Under the pieces are notes generated by a model. The model had not been told where the DNA came from and did not search any database. It saw only the letters and a program-made list of their open reading frames with translations. DNA of 64,000 nt from assembly GCA_963824845.1 (NCBI GenBank), contig CAWGRB010000010.1:7091-71090 (forward strand). The letters run 5' to 3'. The position numbers and the translations under genes were made by a program. The DNA comes from an uncultured Alphaproteobacteria bacterium (lineage in GTDB: Bacteria > Pseudomonadota > Alphaproteobacteria > Sphingomonadales > Sphingomonadaceae). Below are positions 50,985-61,233 of this stretch, in pieces (position 1 is the first letter of the stretch; each line of letters begins with the position of its first letter).

Positions 50985-51162
50985 GTGACCGACGCGCCGC
51001 TTTCCACCGCCCTCGACCGCGCCGAACGCGCCCTCCAGCGCATCGAGCGCGCGCTCGGCGACCGCAAGCCGCCGGCGCGCTCCGCGCGACGAGCAACTCC
51101 GCGCCAAGGTTCGCGAAGTGGTCGAGGAGCTCGACGAGCTGATCCGCCAGGCCGCGGCCTGA
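50985..51162 (+). CDS. small coiled-coil protein upstream of zapA (frameshifted)
   Basis: [17 protein letters not shown]...[19 protein letters not shown]; stop overlaps the zapA start. Confidence 0.7.
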
Positions 51163-51492
51163 TGCCGAGCATGGTCGACATCACCATTGCCGGCCGCACC
51201 TATCAGGTCGCGTGCCGCGACGGCGAAGAAGAGAATCTTCGGGCGGCGGCGCGGATGGTCGACGGCAAGAGCCGGGAGGCGATTTCCGGGCTCGGCAGCC
51301 TTTCGGAAGCGCGGCAATTCCTGTTCGCATCGCTCCTGCTTGCCGACCAGCTCATCGACAAGGAGCCGGAACTCGCCGCGGCTCCGCCGCCGCCAGCGGT
51401 GGATCCCGAGCTTGCCGGGCGCGCCGAGACGCTCGCTGCACGGCTCGAATCGCTTGCCGATGCCCTTGAGCGCGAGGCCGCGAACCGCCTAA
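51162..51492 (+). CDS. zapA: cell division protein ZapA
   Basis: [20 protein letters not shown]...LLLADQL; zapA-ssrS-ygfA synteny. 3' end uncertain (ORF reads to 51557). Confidence 0.92.
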
Positions 51493-51501
51493 ATTGGCAC
51501 C

Positions 51502-51672
51502 GACGGGCTCTACCCGGTGCGCGCCTTTGGAAAATCCCTGAGGCTATTCAATCCTGAAGGGAGCTGTCCCTGCCCGGGCCACTTGGGTCTCCAAGGGGTC
51601 CGGATCACACGGCGCCCACCTGACGTTTGGGCGTCAGAGGATTTTAGGGCAAACGGCCATGGTGGTCCCGTC
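51502..51672 (+). ncRNA. ssrS: 6S RNA
   Basis: Lies between zapA and 5-FTHF cyclo-ligase; terminal pairing gacggg/cccgtc; internal atccctga..agggagctgtccctg..ggcgcccacct typical of alphaproteobacterial 6S. Confidence 0.9.
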
Positions 51673-51706
51673 ACCTCCTTTTCCGCCCCGGCAGCCCGAG
51701 CCCGCG

Positions 51707-52286
51707 ATGCTGCCGCCGGCGAAGGACGTCGCTTCGCAAGGCGGCGCTCGACGCACGCAAGGCTTATGTCCGCACGCTGTGCGATGCCGAGCGCAACCTG
51801 CTCGAGCGGCGGCTCGCCGAACATCTGACCTCACTTTGCGCCGGCTGCTCGGTGGTCGGCGGCTATGCCCCGATCGGTAGCGAGATCTCGCCGCTGCTCG
51901 CCACCGAGGAAGCGCGCGCGGTCGGTGCGATCGTCGCCTTCCCCGCCTTCGACCATCCCGCCAAGCCGTTCCGCTTCCGCGCCGGCGATCCGCTGCAGCC
52001 GGGGCCGTTCGGGATGATGCAGCCGAAGCTCAGCGCGCCCGTCGTCGAGCCGGACCTCATTCTCGTTCCCTTGCTTGCGATCGACGGCAGCGGCACGCGC
52101 CTCGGCCGCGGCAAGGGCCATTATGATCGCGCGCTGAGCCGGCTGAAGAAGAGCGGCGCCCGCCTGGTCGGGGTCGGCTGGGCACCGCAGCGCCTCACCG
52201 AGCAAATCCCGGCCGACGCCTGGGATATCCCGCTCCACGGCTTTGCCTCGCCCGCCGGGATGGAGTGGTTCCGGGCTCCGGAATGA
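51707..52286 (+). CDS. ygfA: 5-formyltetrahydrofolate cyclo-ligase (frameshifted at 5' end)
   Basis: PDLILVPLLAID, RLGRGKGHYDR, WDIPL. Confidence 0.92.
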
Positions 52287-52462
52287 CCCGGCGGCACGTG
52301 CGGATCGACCGACAGCGGTTCAAAACCGCGCCGATTTTGCATGAAATGGCCCCCGGTGCGACTTTTCAGCCACAGATGGGACAGCTACTCACCTTGTCGG
52401 ATTCTTGCGCGGAGGTGTATCCCTGCAGGCACTGACCCTGCTGAAGAACGGGAGGAAGGTTC

Positions 52463-53344
52463 ATGCGCAAGTTGACCATTGCGGCGGCGATTGCCTCGAC
52501 AGTCGTTGCCACCGCCGCGAACGCGCGCGACGGCTCGCCATATGTCGGGATCGATTTCGGCCTGGTGAAGCCGCAAGCGACGCCGCTTCGCTTCACCGAC
52601 AACACCGATTCCCTGGCTAACGGCCTCAAGCTCTATCACAAGTACGGCTTCGAAGGCGATTTCGTCTTCGGCTATGACTTCGGAATGCTGAGGCTCGAAG
52701 CCGAGGCAGCCTACAAACGGGCCTCGCTCAAGAACGCCCAGATCGCGCTCACGGCGGCGGAGGCTGTCGGCAACCCGAACCTGACCGGACGGATCCCGGC
52801 ATCCGGCCACAACACGGTCGGATCGGGCATGATCAACGCCCTTCTCGACGTTGGCGGACCGCGCATCAGCGGCTCGTTCGGCGCCGGCTTCGGCTATGCG
52901 CGGGTGCGCTACAACACCGACATGACGCCATCGAGCGCGCTTGCGTTCCGTGACGACGATGCGGCCTTCGCCTATCAGTTCCTCGCGGAAGTCCGCATGC
53001 CGGTCAGCGACAACATCGACGTCGGCCTGAAGTACAAATATTTCGCGACTCAGAGGCTCGATTTCGGGCGCTTCTGTCAGACGACGTGCGGCACGACGTC
53101 GCCGTTCACGCTAGATGGCAAGTACCGCTCGAACAGTGTGCTTGCGAGCCTCGTCTACAATTTCGGCAGCGTCGCAGCGCCGCCACCGCCGCCGCCTCCT
53201 CCTCCGCCACCACCACCGCCTCCTCCGCCAGCACCTGCAACGCAGACCTGCCCGGACGGATCGGTGATCCTGGCGACGGACGTCTGCCCGGCGCCGCCGC
53301 CTCCGCCTCCTCCGCCGCCGCCGGCACCGGAGCGCGGCCAGTAA
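52463..53344 (+). CDS. outer-membrane beta-barrel protein with polyproline/Cys C-terminal tail
   Basis: Signal peptide, ARDGSPYVG, GYDFGMLRLEAE, YNFG, then P17-APATQTCPDGSVILATDVCPA-P10-APERGQ. Confidence 0.9.
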   Translation: MRKLTIAAAIASTVVATAANARDGSPYVGIDFGLVKPQATPLRFTDNTDSLANGLKLYHKYGFEGDFVFGYDFGMLRLEAEAAYKRASLKNAQIALTAAEAVGNPNLTGRIPASGHNTVGSGMINALLDVGGPRISGSFGAGFGYARVRYNTDMTPSSALAFRDDDAAFAYQFLAEVRMPVSDNIDVGLKYKYFATQRLDFGRFCQTTCGTTSPFTLDGKYRSNSVLASLVYNFGSVAAPPPPPPPPPPPPPPPPPAPATQTCPDGSVILATDVCPAPPPPPPPPPPAPERGQ

Positions 53345-53380
53345 GCTCGCGCGGCCTGCGGATCGGCAGGCGATTGAGCA

Positions 53381-53424
53381 AATGGAACACCCCGGTCGAG
53401 CCCGTCTCGTCCGGGGTTTTCCAT
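53381..53424 (+). terminator. terminator-like hairpin
   Basis: atggaacaccccggtcgag / ctcgtccggggttttccat inverted repeat downstream of the OMP gene. Confidence 0.65.
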
Positions 53425-53468
53425 GGCCGCGGCTGACAGCCATCGCCGGACCGTCTAAGCGGCTGGGC

Positions 53469-53708
53469 GTGACGCCGCCTTCTCCATCCGGCCGGTCGAT
53501 TGCCGGCATCGCGATCCTTCTTCTGCTCATCGCCCTTCTGGCGGTGCTCGTCGCATTGTTGTCGCGAGTGGTCGGCGGCTGGCCCGTGCTGGTCCAGGGA
53601 CTGTTCTACGTCCTCCTGGTGATCGCCTGGACCATGCCATTGAAATCACTGGTGAGATGGATGGTGACCGGACGCTTCCGCGCGGCAGATGCCGCGCCGC
53701 GACATTGA
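53469..53708 (+). CDS. DUF2842-like small membrane protein
   Basis: R.IAGIA...WPVLVQGLFYV...IAWTMPLKSLVRWM.TG. Confidence 0.8.
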   Translation: MTPPSPSGRSIAGIAILLLLIALLAVLVALLSRVVGGWPVLVQGLFYVLLVIAWTMPLKSLVRWMVTGRFRAADAAPRH

Positions 53709-53795
53709 ACGAGGCGTCTTATTCGACTATATCACAGCGCGATATGCCGAAATCAGCGAACTCTTGCGCAGCCCTTCACGGGGCTGAAATCCCGC

Positions 53796-54834
53796 TTGGC
53801 GACGCTCTTGCGCCTTTACCCGCGCGAGACGATCGGCTTCGGGCTGCTGACGCTTGCGGCGGCCGTCGCGGTCGGCGGAGTCGCTCAGTCGACGCCGGAG
53901 CTTCCCGGCGGCGCCGTGGTAGCGCCTGCCCCTCCCGCGCCGCCGCCAATGCTGATCCGGCAGCTCGCTCCGGACCAGGCGCTCAAGGTCAATTCCGAGA
54001 TCCCGCTCGACAGCGGCCCCAACCCGGCGGCGCAGCCATTCGCGTTCAAGGGCAATTCGGCAACCCGCACCCAGGCCCTCTCCTGCCTTGCCAGCGCCGT
54101 CTATTACGAGGCCGGCAGCCAGGATGAAAACGGCCAGCGCGCCGTCGCCCAGGTCGTGCTCAACCGTGTCCGCCACCCTGCCTTCCCGGCCAGCGTCTGC
54201 GGCGTGGTCTATGAAGGATCGACGCGCGCGCACTGGCTGCCAGTTCACGTTCACTTGCGACGGCTCGCTCAACCGCCGGCCGGACGCCGCTGGATGGCGC
54301 CGCGCCTACGCGATCGCCGAACAAGCGCTGGACGGCGCGGTCTTCGCGCCGGTCGGCCTCGCGACCCATTATCACGCCGATTATGTCGTCCCATACTGGG
54401 CGTCGACCCTGACGAAGAACGCCGTGGTCGGAGCGCACATCTTCTATCGCTGGGCTGGCGGCTGGGGCACCCCCGCGGCGTTCAACGAGCATTATGCAGG
54501 GCACGAGCCCAATGCGCTGGCGCTGCGCGACGCGGCCGTGGCCGCGGCTGCACAGCACGCGCAGAGCGGGACGGTCGCGGACGCCATCGCCGACATCCCT
54601 GGCGCCGAGGTGCTGACGCCCTCGATGCGTGGCGACAAACGCGTCGCCGTCCGCTTCAAGCTTGCGGCCCGCAAGGCCTCGGACGAGGCGCCGCACGAGG
54701 ACTATGCGCAAAAGTTCGACGCGTCGGACAACCTCAAATGGGCGCTGTCGAGTGACCTCGTCGCGAAGGACGAGAAGCCGCTCGGCGCGGCAACCCAGCC
54801 GGTTCCAGCCAGCACCGGCGCGGGCAAACCCTAA
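53796..54834 (+). CDS. cell wall hydrolase, SleB/Hydrolase_2 family (frameshifted)
   Basis: CLASAVYYEA, GQRAVAQVVLNRVRHPAFP..VCGVVY, CQFTFTCDG, ATHYHADYV.PYW, GAHIFYRW. Confidence 0.93.
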
Positions 54835-55613
54835 CCAGCGCTGTTCAAGGGTGGGGCGACTTGCGGTCCCGGCGGCCCGAGGGTTTGCTCCACCGCGCGG
54901 CGAATGCGGCCGAGGCGCGCGTCGACGGCAAGATAATCGTCGGAAAACAGGCCGCCGCCGCTCATTTCCCGACCGGTGACCGCGACCTGGCCGAACGGTC
55001 CGTCGTCGTGAAGCGGATCGCGGTTCTGCAGGGCGACGATGGCATCGTCGAAGGCCGCACACTGATCCAGCCTGGACAGTGACGGCTGCAGGTGAAGGCG
55101 GGCGTGACAGGCGCGGCTCGCCTCGGCCATCGCATCCTCGTTACCGGTGCCGACCACCTTCAGGGCGTCCATGATCGCCGCCTGGACGGCGTGGCCGTCG
55201 AGTGGCCCCGCCACGGGGTCGGACGGAGCGGCGACCCGCGGATGGACAAGGGCGCCGAGCGGCGTTGCACGATTGCGGAAATCGGCGACCAGGCCACCCA
55301 CCGGAGTCGTCACGACGACCAACAGGACGGCGCCGGCCGCCAGTCCAAATGCGGCACCGATCCACCGGCTCGAGCGAGGCTTCGCCTCGACTTCATCCGG
55401 CGCGATCCACGGCTCCGAGGTATCGTCGTGCGCGCTTCGCGCCTGGCGGAGTTCGCGATAGGCGCGGTTGATCTCGGCAGCGCGGACGGCGTCGCCGCCG
55501 GCGCGGTCCGGATGATGGGTCTTGATGAGGCTTTTGTAGGCGCGTTCGACCGACGACCAGTCCGCCCCCGGGCGGAGGCCGAGAACGGCATAAGCGGACG
55601 CGTCTGCGGCCAT
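54831..55613 (-). CDS. J-domain membrane protein
   Basis: AYAVLGL, AYKSLIKTHHPDR, EINRAY; then one TM helix and an unknown C-terminal domain. Confidence 0.88.
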   Translation of the reverse strand: MAADASAYAVLGLRPGADWSSVERAYKSLIKTHHPDRAGGDAVRAAEINRAYRELRQARSAHDDTSEPWIAPDEVEAKPRSSRWIGAAFGLAAGAVLLVVVTTPVGGLVADFRNRATPLGALVHPRVAAPSDPVAGPLDGHAVQAAIMDALKVVGTGNEDAMAEASRACHARLHLQPSLSRLDQCAAFDDAIVALQNRDPLHDDGPFGQVAVTGREMSGGGLFSDDYLAVDARLGRIRRAVEQTLGPPGPQVAPPLNSAG

Positions 55614-55650
55614 CGCCGGCAATCTAGTCCACTCTGCAAATCACGAAAAG

Positions 55651-55727
<77 letters not shown>

Positions 55728-55747
55728 GTTTTTGGCGTGCGCGGGCG

Positions 55748-56976
55748 TTAGGAAAGGGGCTTGGAGGTGTCAACCATGGCCGGCTCCATTTCCTGCCGCG
55801 CGTCCTCTTCTTCCTCGTTGGGATCGCCGACGTGCGTCAGCGTCCCGTGCTCGAACAGGAAGCCGGCGATGTCCGGCGTGCCGGCGGCCGCGAACACCGT
55901 CTTCATGATGATCAGCAGCGGAACCGCGAGAAGCGCGCCTGTCGTCCCCCAGATCCACGCCCAGAAGGACAGCGAGATGAGGATGGACAGTGGACTGACG
56001 GTCAGCCGATGCCCGACCACCATCGGCGTGAAGAAGTTCGCCTCCACCAGGTGGAAGCAGATGAACGCCGCCGGCGGCAGCAGCGCGCCCCAGATGTCCG
56101 GATAGATCATCAACCCGCCGAGCAGCAGCAGGCAGGCGCTGACGATCGGCCCGAGATAGGGGATGTAGTTGGCCACCGCGACGATGCCGCCCCACATTAC
56201 CGGTGACGGCATGCCGAGCGCCCACAGGACCAGCGCGGTCAGCGCTCCAAGGCCGAGATTGATGAGCGTGATGGTGCCGAGATAGGTCGAGGTCGCGCCG
56301 ACGACCTGCTGGATGACCCGCGCCGTGGTCAGCGCGCCCTCGAAGCTGCCGCGGCTGACGATCGTGCGCTTGCGCATCGAGGTCCAGCCGGCGAGGAAGA
56401 AGAAGATCACCAGAAGCGCGAAGAAGAGCTGGATCAGCAGGTGCGGCGCCGAACTGGTCAGCAGGCCGAGCATCGAGTGCGGAGTCTCGATGCGACGGTG
56501 TGGCTCGGCGACGGCGGCGCGATCGCGATCTGCGCGGTGGTCCGGTCGATGAACTTGTCGAGGTGCTTGTAGAGCTGGATCAAGGGATCGAGCGCGGCCC
56601 GGACCTTCGGGATCTTGGACGGAATCCGGGACACCCAGTCGCTTGCCGGGATGACGATCGACCCGATCGCGAACAGGCCGAGCAGCAGGAAGATCACTAC
56701 GCACAGACCGGCCGCGGGCTTGGACGGGATGCCGCGCCGCTCGAACCATTCGAGGAGCGGCACCAGGGCAATCGCCACGACCAGCGCCGCGGTCACCGGC
56801 ATGAAGAATTCGGCGCCTGCCCTCAGCGCAAAAGGAACCGCGACGACGAGACCGACGCCGGCGATCAGCGTCAGCGACGCCAGCAGGCGATCGCTCTTGG
56901 CGGGGTCGGTCTCCGCCTGCTCGGCGGCAAGCTCGTCCACCGGCGCGGGCTCGCGAGTGTTGGTCCGTGCGTCCAT
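55748..56976 (-). CDS. AI-2E family transporter (frameshifted)
   Basis: Multiple TM helices, NYIPYLGP, EANFFTP.VVG, FWAWIWG..GALLAVPL. Confidence 0.92.
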
Positions 56977-57170
56977 CCGCTCAGCATATCCGCGCCGGGA
57001 TGCTGCGGCTAGCCGGCGTGAAGGGGTCCTCGAGGAGCTTCGACCGGCGGCTCCTCCATTTCGGATTGCAAAGCGATCGCGGGCGAAAGGAACTGGTAAG
57101 GGTCTGCTTTCATAGTGGTTGCCGGTGGGGACCATGCCGCGTCGCGGCGAAATTAGTGCTGGAGCTTCAC

Positions 57171-57809
57171 TTGGACGAAGAGGCCGTCGAGACCACTCTC
57201 TACTCCCTGGCCGAGAGCGCGCCCGCTGCGCCGGACCGCCGTACCGGCGAACGCCACCTCAGCCTGCTTCGTGTCGGTGCGATGCAAATCGGCGACCGGC
57301 GGGAGCTGTGCCTGATCAAGAACATCTCGGCGGGCGGAATGCTGATCCGCTCCTATTGCCGGGTTCCGGTCGGCAGCCCGGTAAGCGTCGAACTCAAGCA
57401 GGGCGAGCCGGTCGACGGGGTCGCGCGCTGGGTCGACGGCGATTTCGTCGGCGTCGAATTCAACGAGCCGATCGACGTCCTCGATCTCCTCGCTCTGTCG
57501 GCGGAAGGGCCGCGCCCGCGCCTGCCACGCGTCGAAGTGAATTGCACCGGCTCGATCCGCGAAGGCGCGATCACCCAGCGCTGCAAGGCGATCAACATCT
57601 CGCAAGGCGGAATCAAGGTGGAAAGCCCGGCAAGCTTCGAGGTCGGAGCGCAGGTGACGGTCAGCCTGTTCGGTCTTCAACCGTGCAGCGGCACCGTCCG
57701 CTGGCGCGACGAGGATTGCTACGGGATCACCTTCAACCGGATTTTGCCGCTCACGGCTCTGGTGGCGTGGCTGCAGGATCAGCGCGCGCGGCTTCGCGCC
57801 GCCGCCTGA
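57171..57809 (+). CDS. tandem PilZ domain protein
   Basis: RRTGERH...NISAGG and RPRLPR...NISQGG motif pairs. Confidence 0.9.
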   Translation: MDEEAVETTLYSLAESAPAAPDRRTGERHLSLLRVGAMQIGDRRELCLIKNISAGGMLIRSYCRVPVGSPVSVELKQGEPVDGVARWVDGDFVGVEFNEPIDVLDLLALSAEGPRPRLPRVEVNCTGSIREGAITQRCKAINISQGGIKVESPASFEVGAQVTVSLFGLQPCSGTVRWRDEDCYGITFNRILPLTALVAWLQDQRARLRAAA

Positions 57810-58239
57810 TTATTCGCCGCTGATTACTCGCCCGGCCGCGGGATCGGCAGCGGTCGCCAGCCAGGTTTCCAGCATGCTGCGCTCGTGCGCGGTCAGCGGG
57901 CGGCAGGCGAGACCTGGCCTGCGGAAATCGGGCTTCATGGTCGGGCGGGGCTTGGGGACATTGCGAAGCACGTCCTCGGCCTTCAGCGGCTGGTTGAACG
58001 CGACGCCGGCATAGTGGCCGTGGACCCAGACGATGCGGCTCTTCACGCGCAGCTCCTTGCGTTCGAACCAGGTCGTCGAGCCCTCTAGCGGAAGGCGGTC
58101 GCCCTCGATCAGAGCACCCTCTTCCGAGAGGTTGCGAAGCTTCACGGGTTCGGGAACGCCGGCGACATCGATGGTCGCGGCGAGGAACACCGGCGAACGG
58201 CGCGACCGCCGATTGTGCAGTCATGCTGCTCTCGTCCAT
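57810..58239 (-). CDS. PilZ domain protein (frameshift near start)
   Basis: RRSRRSPV, NLSEEGA, IVW...AGVAF. Confidence 0.88.
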
Positions 58240-58248
58240 CCGGCCGCC

Positions 58249-58925
58249 CTAGGGCCAAGGTGGTAAAGCTTCGTTTAACGGGCCTCCCGAAGCGCGGAAA
58301 AGCAGCATCAGATTGTTGGCGGGCATCTGCGCGTGACCGCGAGCTCGAACCCGCGGCTCGGCGCGGCGGCGGCAAAATCCTCGACCAAGCGCAGCCCCCA
58401 CGGCGGGATCGCGCCGTTCGAGGTCGGCGTCGAACGTCGAGTTGCTCGGCGCCGGCTCGACGCCCCGCCTGCAGCCACGGGCCGTAGAGGATCAGCGGCG
58501 CGTCCGGCGCCAGCAGCCGTGGCGGCGCCGGCGATCAAGCCCAGCGCCGAATTCCACGGGCTGATGTGGACCATGTTGATGCTGAGCACGGCGTCGGCGC
58601 CGTCGATCGGCCACTCGGCGCCGCGGCATCGATGGTGAGCGGCGGCCGGACGTTTGGGAGACGCGCGAGCTCGAGCGCCAGGCGGCAATCGAAGCCGAGT
58701 GCGTCCGGATGGAGATCGCTCGGCTGCCATTCGAGCGACGGAAAGCGCTCGGCGAAATGAGACGACATGTTCGCCGGTGCCACTGGCGAACTCGAGAACG
58801 AGGCCGGCATGCCGGCAGCCACTCGCGAAGGACCTCGGCAATCGGCTCGCGATTGCGCATGGCGGCCGGAGCCGACCGTCGCTGGCCCTCGGCCGCGCCT
58901 CGTAGAAGCGCCGCCCGTCGCCCAT
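58249..58925 (-). CDS. DUF938 family SAM-dependent methyltransferase (multiple frameshifts)
   Basis: RNREPI, VLEFASGTGEH, WQPSD, INMVHISPW, MPANNLML. Confidence 0.88.
58264..58279. promoter_or_regulatory. CtrA-box-like site
   Basis: TAAA-N7-TTAAC, 24 nt upstream of the minus-strand PilZ start. Confidence 0.5.
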
Positions 58926-59438
58926 CAGGCGCCCGTTCGGGCAGCCTCCAGCAAGCGCTTGGCGCGCAGGTACATCTCGAGCCGGGTCAGCGTGAACATG
59001 CCGAGCGCGAAGGCGATCAGCGGATCGGTCAGCATCGCCGGGCTGACGTCTGCCCTCGGTACCGAGCAGGCTTGCCGCCGTTGCGGACGACGATCAGCAG
59101 CGATCAGGAAGAACATCGCCGCCGGCGACGCCTTCTGGTTGAGCGCATGAGTGTCGGGATCGACGTGGATGTGCATCATCTTGCCGCGCTGCCAGCCGAC
59201 GGCGGCGCCGATCAGCAGGCCGGCAACCGACGCGATCGCCACCCAGCCGACCGGCGGGAGCAGGACGAACATCGACGCGGCCACCACGAGATACATGACG
59301 GGAACGATCCACAAGGCTGCCGAGCTTGAGCGGCCGCATCTTGCTCATGCCGCGCATGCGAAGCGCCATGATCACACGATAACGACTGCCATGATCGCGT
59401 AGCTGATCCACGACTGCTGAACTTGGTTGAGCCTGCAT
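58925..59438 (-). CDS. CcdC/DUF1453-like membrane protein (frameshifted)
   Basis: RPLKLGSLWIVP, GWQRGKMM.I.VDP, TRLEMYLRA. Confidence 0.8.
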
Positions 59439-59654
59439 CGCTTCCCCCATTGTTCCCGATCTTGCCCATGCGCTGGCCAATCCGGAAGCCGAGAGTAGCG
59501 CTCGCCCGCGGCCTGCCGAAGATGCCCCCTTCCCCCGGCGAGTGTGCCGGAGAAGTAACGGAGCCTCGCGATTTTCCAGGTGAGGCGGACGCTCCGTTAA
59601 CTTGAGGACTTCGTCCATTGAGCCAGACGCGGGGCAACTACTGGGGGAATTCAA

Positions 59655-61199
59655 GTGCAATTCAAATATCTTATGCTCGGCGCTGCAGCGTCGGGCCTGC
59701 TGGTGCATGCCGAGTCGTCGCCGGCAATTGCCGGAGACGACAAGCCTGGCTCCGCCTACGTGCAGTGCGACGGCCAGCCCGACAATGTGACCGACGGCGA
59801 AACCGCTGCGCGTCTGCTCGGCGCCGTGACCCTGCTGGGCCTGTTCGCGCCGCCGCACGAAGCTGCGCGATTCATCGAAGCGCAAGTTCGGCGCCGAAGG
59901 CGTCGCCGCCTGCACGAGCCTGCTGTCGGGCGATCACCAGGAGGGCAACGCCAAGCGCCGGCTCGGACCTGATGCTCGGCCGGGCGATCCACCAGATCGA
60001 GGCCAAAAATTATCCGCGCCGCAATCGCCGACGCCGAGCAGGCCAGGCACGAGGCCGAAGCGGCCGGGCTGATGGCCGGACCCCTATTTCGTCGCGCTCG
60101 CGCGGCCGCGCCTTCGACCTCATCGAAAGCGCGGCTTTGCTCCGCATGGGCCAGCCGGAACAGGCGCGGACGGCCAGCCTGCGCGGCACTGCGCCGAACG
60201 AATATTCGCTCGTCGCGCTCCTCGGCACGCCAACTTATTCCGACTTCGTCCAGACCACCTCGCCGGACGAGGACCGGCTCAACGACTGGCGCGATCGGAT
60301 AGCGCCAATACTTCGCAGAGTCGACCGCCGCCCGGCTCGAGCTCGACGGGCGCTTCAGCGATGCCGCGCGGCTTCGCGATGCCCTTGCCGACTTCAACGC
60401 CGTGACCTCGCCGGACAGCAAGAGCTCTGTGCTGCTCGCCCGCGCCGGCCTCGCGCACGCGCTCGCCGGCGACTTCGCGGGCGCCGCCACCCGCATCGCA
60501 GCCGCAAAGGCCAATGCCGAAGACCGCCGGACCGCCGGCAAGCCGGAAACCGACACCTCGACCCTGGTCGAGCTGCTCGACCTCTACACGATCGTCGACA
60601 CCGCTCATTCGAAGAGCGCGAATGCCGCCCGGCCGCTGTTTGCGGCGCGTTCGGAATGGGTGAACGCGTCGCTCGGCAGCGTCATGGCGGTGAACCGCAG
60701 CCTGCGCGACGGCGCCTCCTCGGATCAGCTGGTCGGAGGACTTGCGAAATCGCCGGACGATCTTTGGACCGACCACGTGGCAACCGCCCGCGCGGCGCTG
60801 CTTGCCAAGGACAGCGACAACAAGGACCTGTTCGCCCTGATCCCCGCCGAGCGCTCCGCGAAGACCTACCAGGCGCTTTCGAAAACCGTGTGGCGGACCG
60901 ACAAGTCGAAGATCATCCTGCCGAAGAAGGCCGGATCGAAGTCGCCGATGGAGCTCATGTACCTGCCGATGACAGACCCCGCCGCTGCGCTGGACGCCTA
61001 TGTGCTCCACGCCGCGCTGATCGCCCGCTCGCGCGGCCAGCAGGGCTTCGTGTTCCTGCCGATCATCACCGGCCGGATCATCGGCGGTGCCTTCCTCAGC
61101 GGCAATCGCGGCGACAAGGGCCTGCCGCCAGAGCTGTTCATCGACGCCAACGACGTGATCGCCAAGCTCTCGCCGGTGATTCCGCAGCCGGTCGACTGA
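59655..61199 (+). CDS. secreted hypothetical protein, helical/TPR-like (frameshifted)
   Basis: Signal peptide, coding-like codon bias across three frames, SD GGGGAA upstream. Confidence 0.7.
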
Positions 61200-61233
61200 G
61201 CCGGGATCGACGCTGTGCAGCGGCGGGGTACTG

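Noticed and set aside
51492..51557. ZapA C-terminal extension into 6S RNA
   Set aside because: Probably an indel; a TAA at 51490-51492 in the adjacent frame ends the gene just before 6S.
59590..59610. GTTAAC as a CtrA site
   Set aside because: Only a half-site, with no partner at 7-nt spacing on either side.
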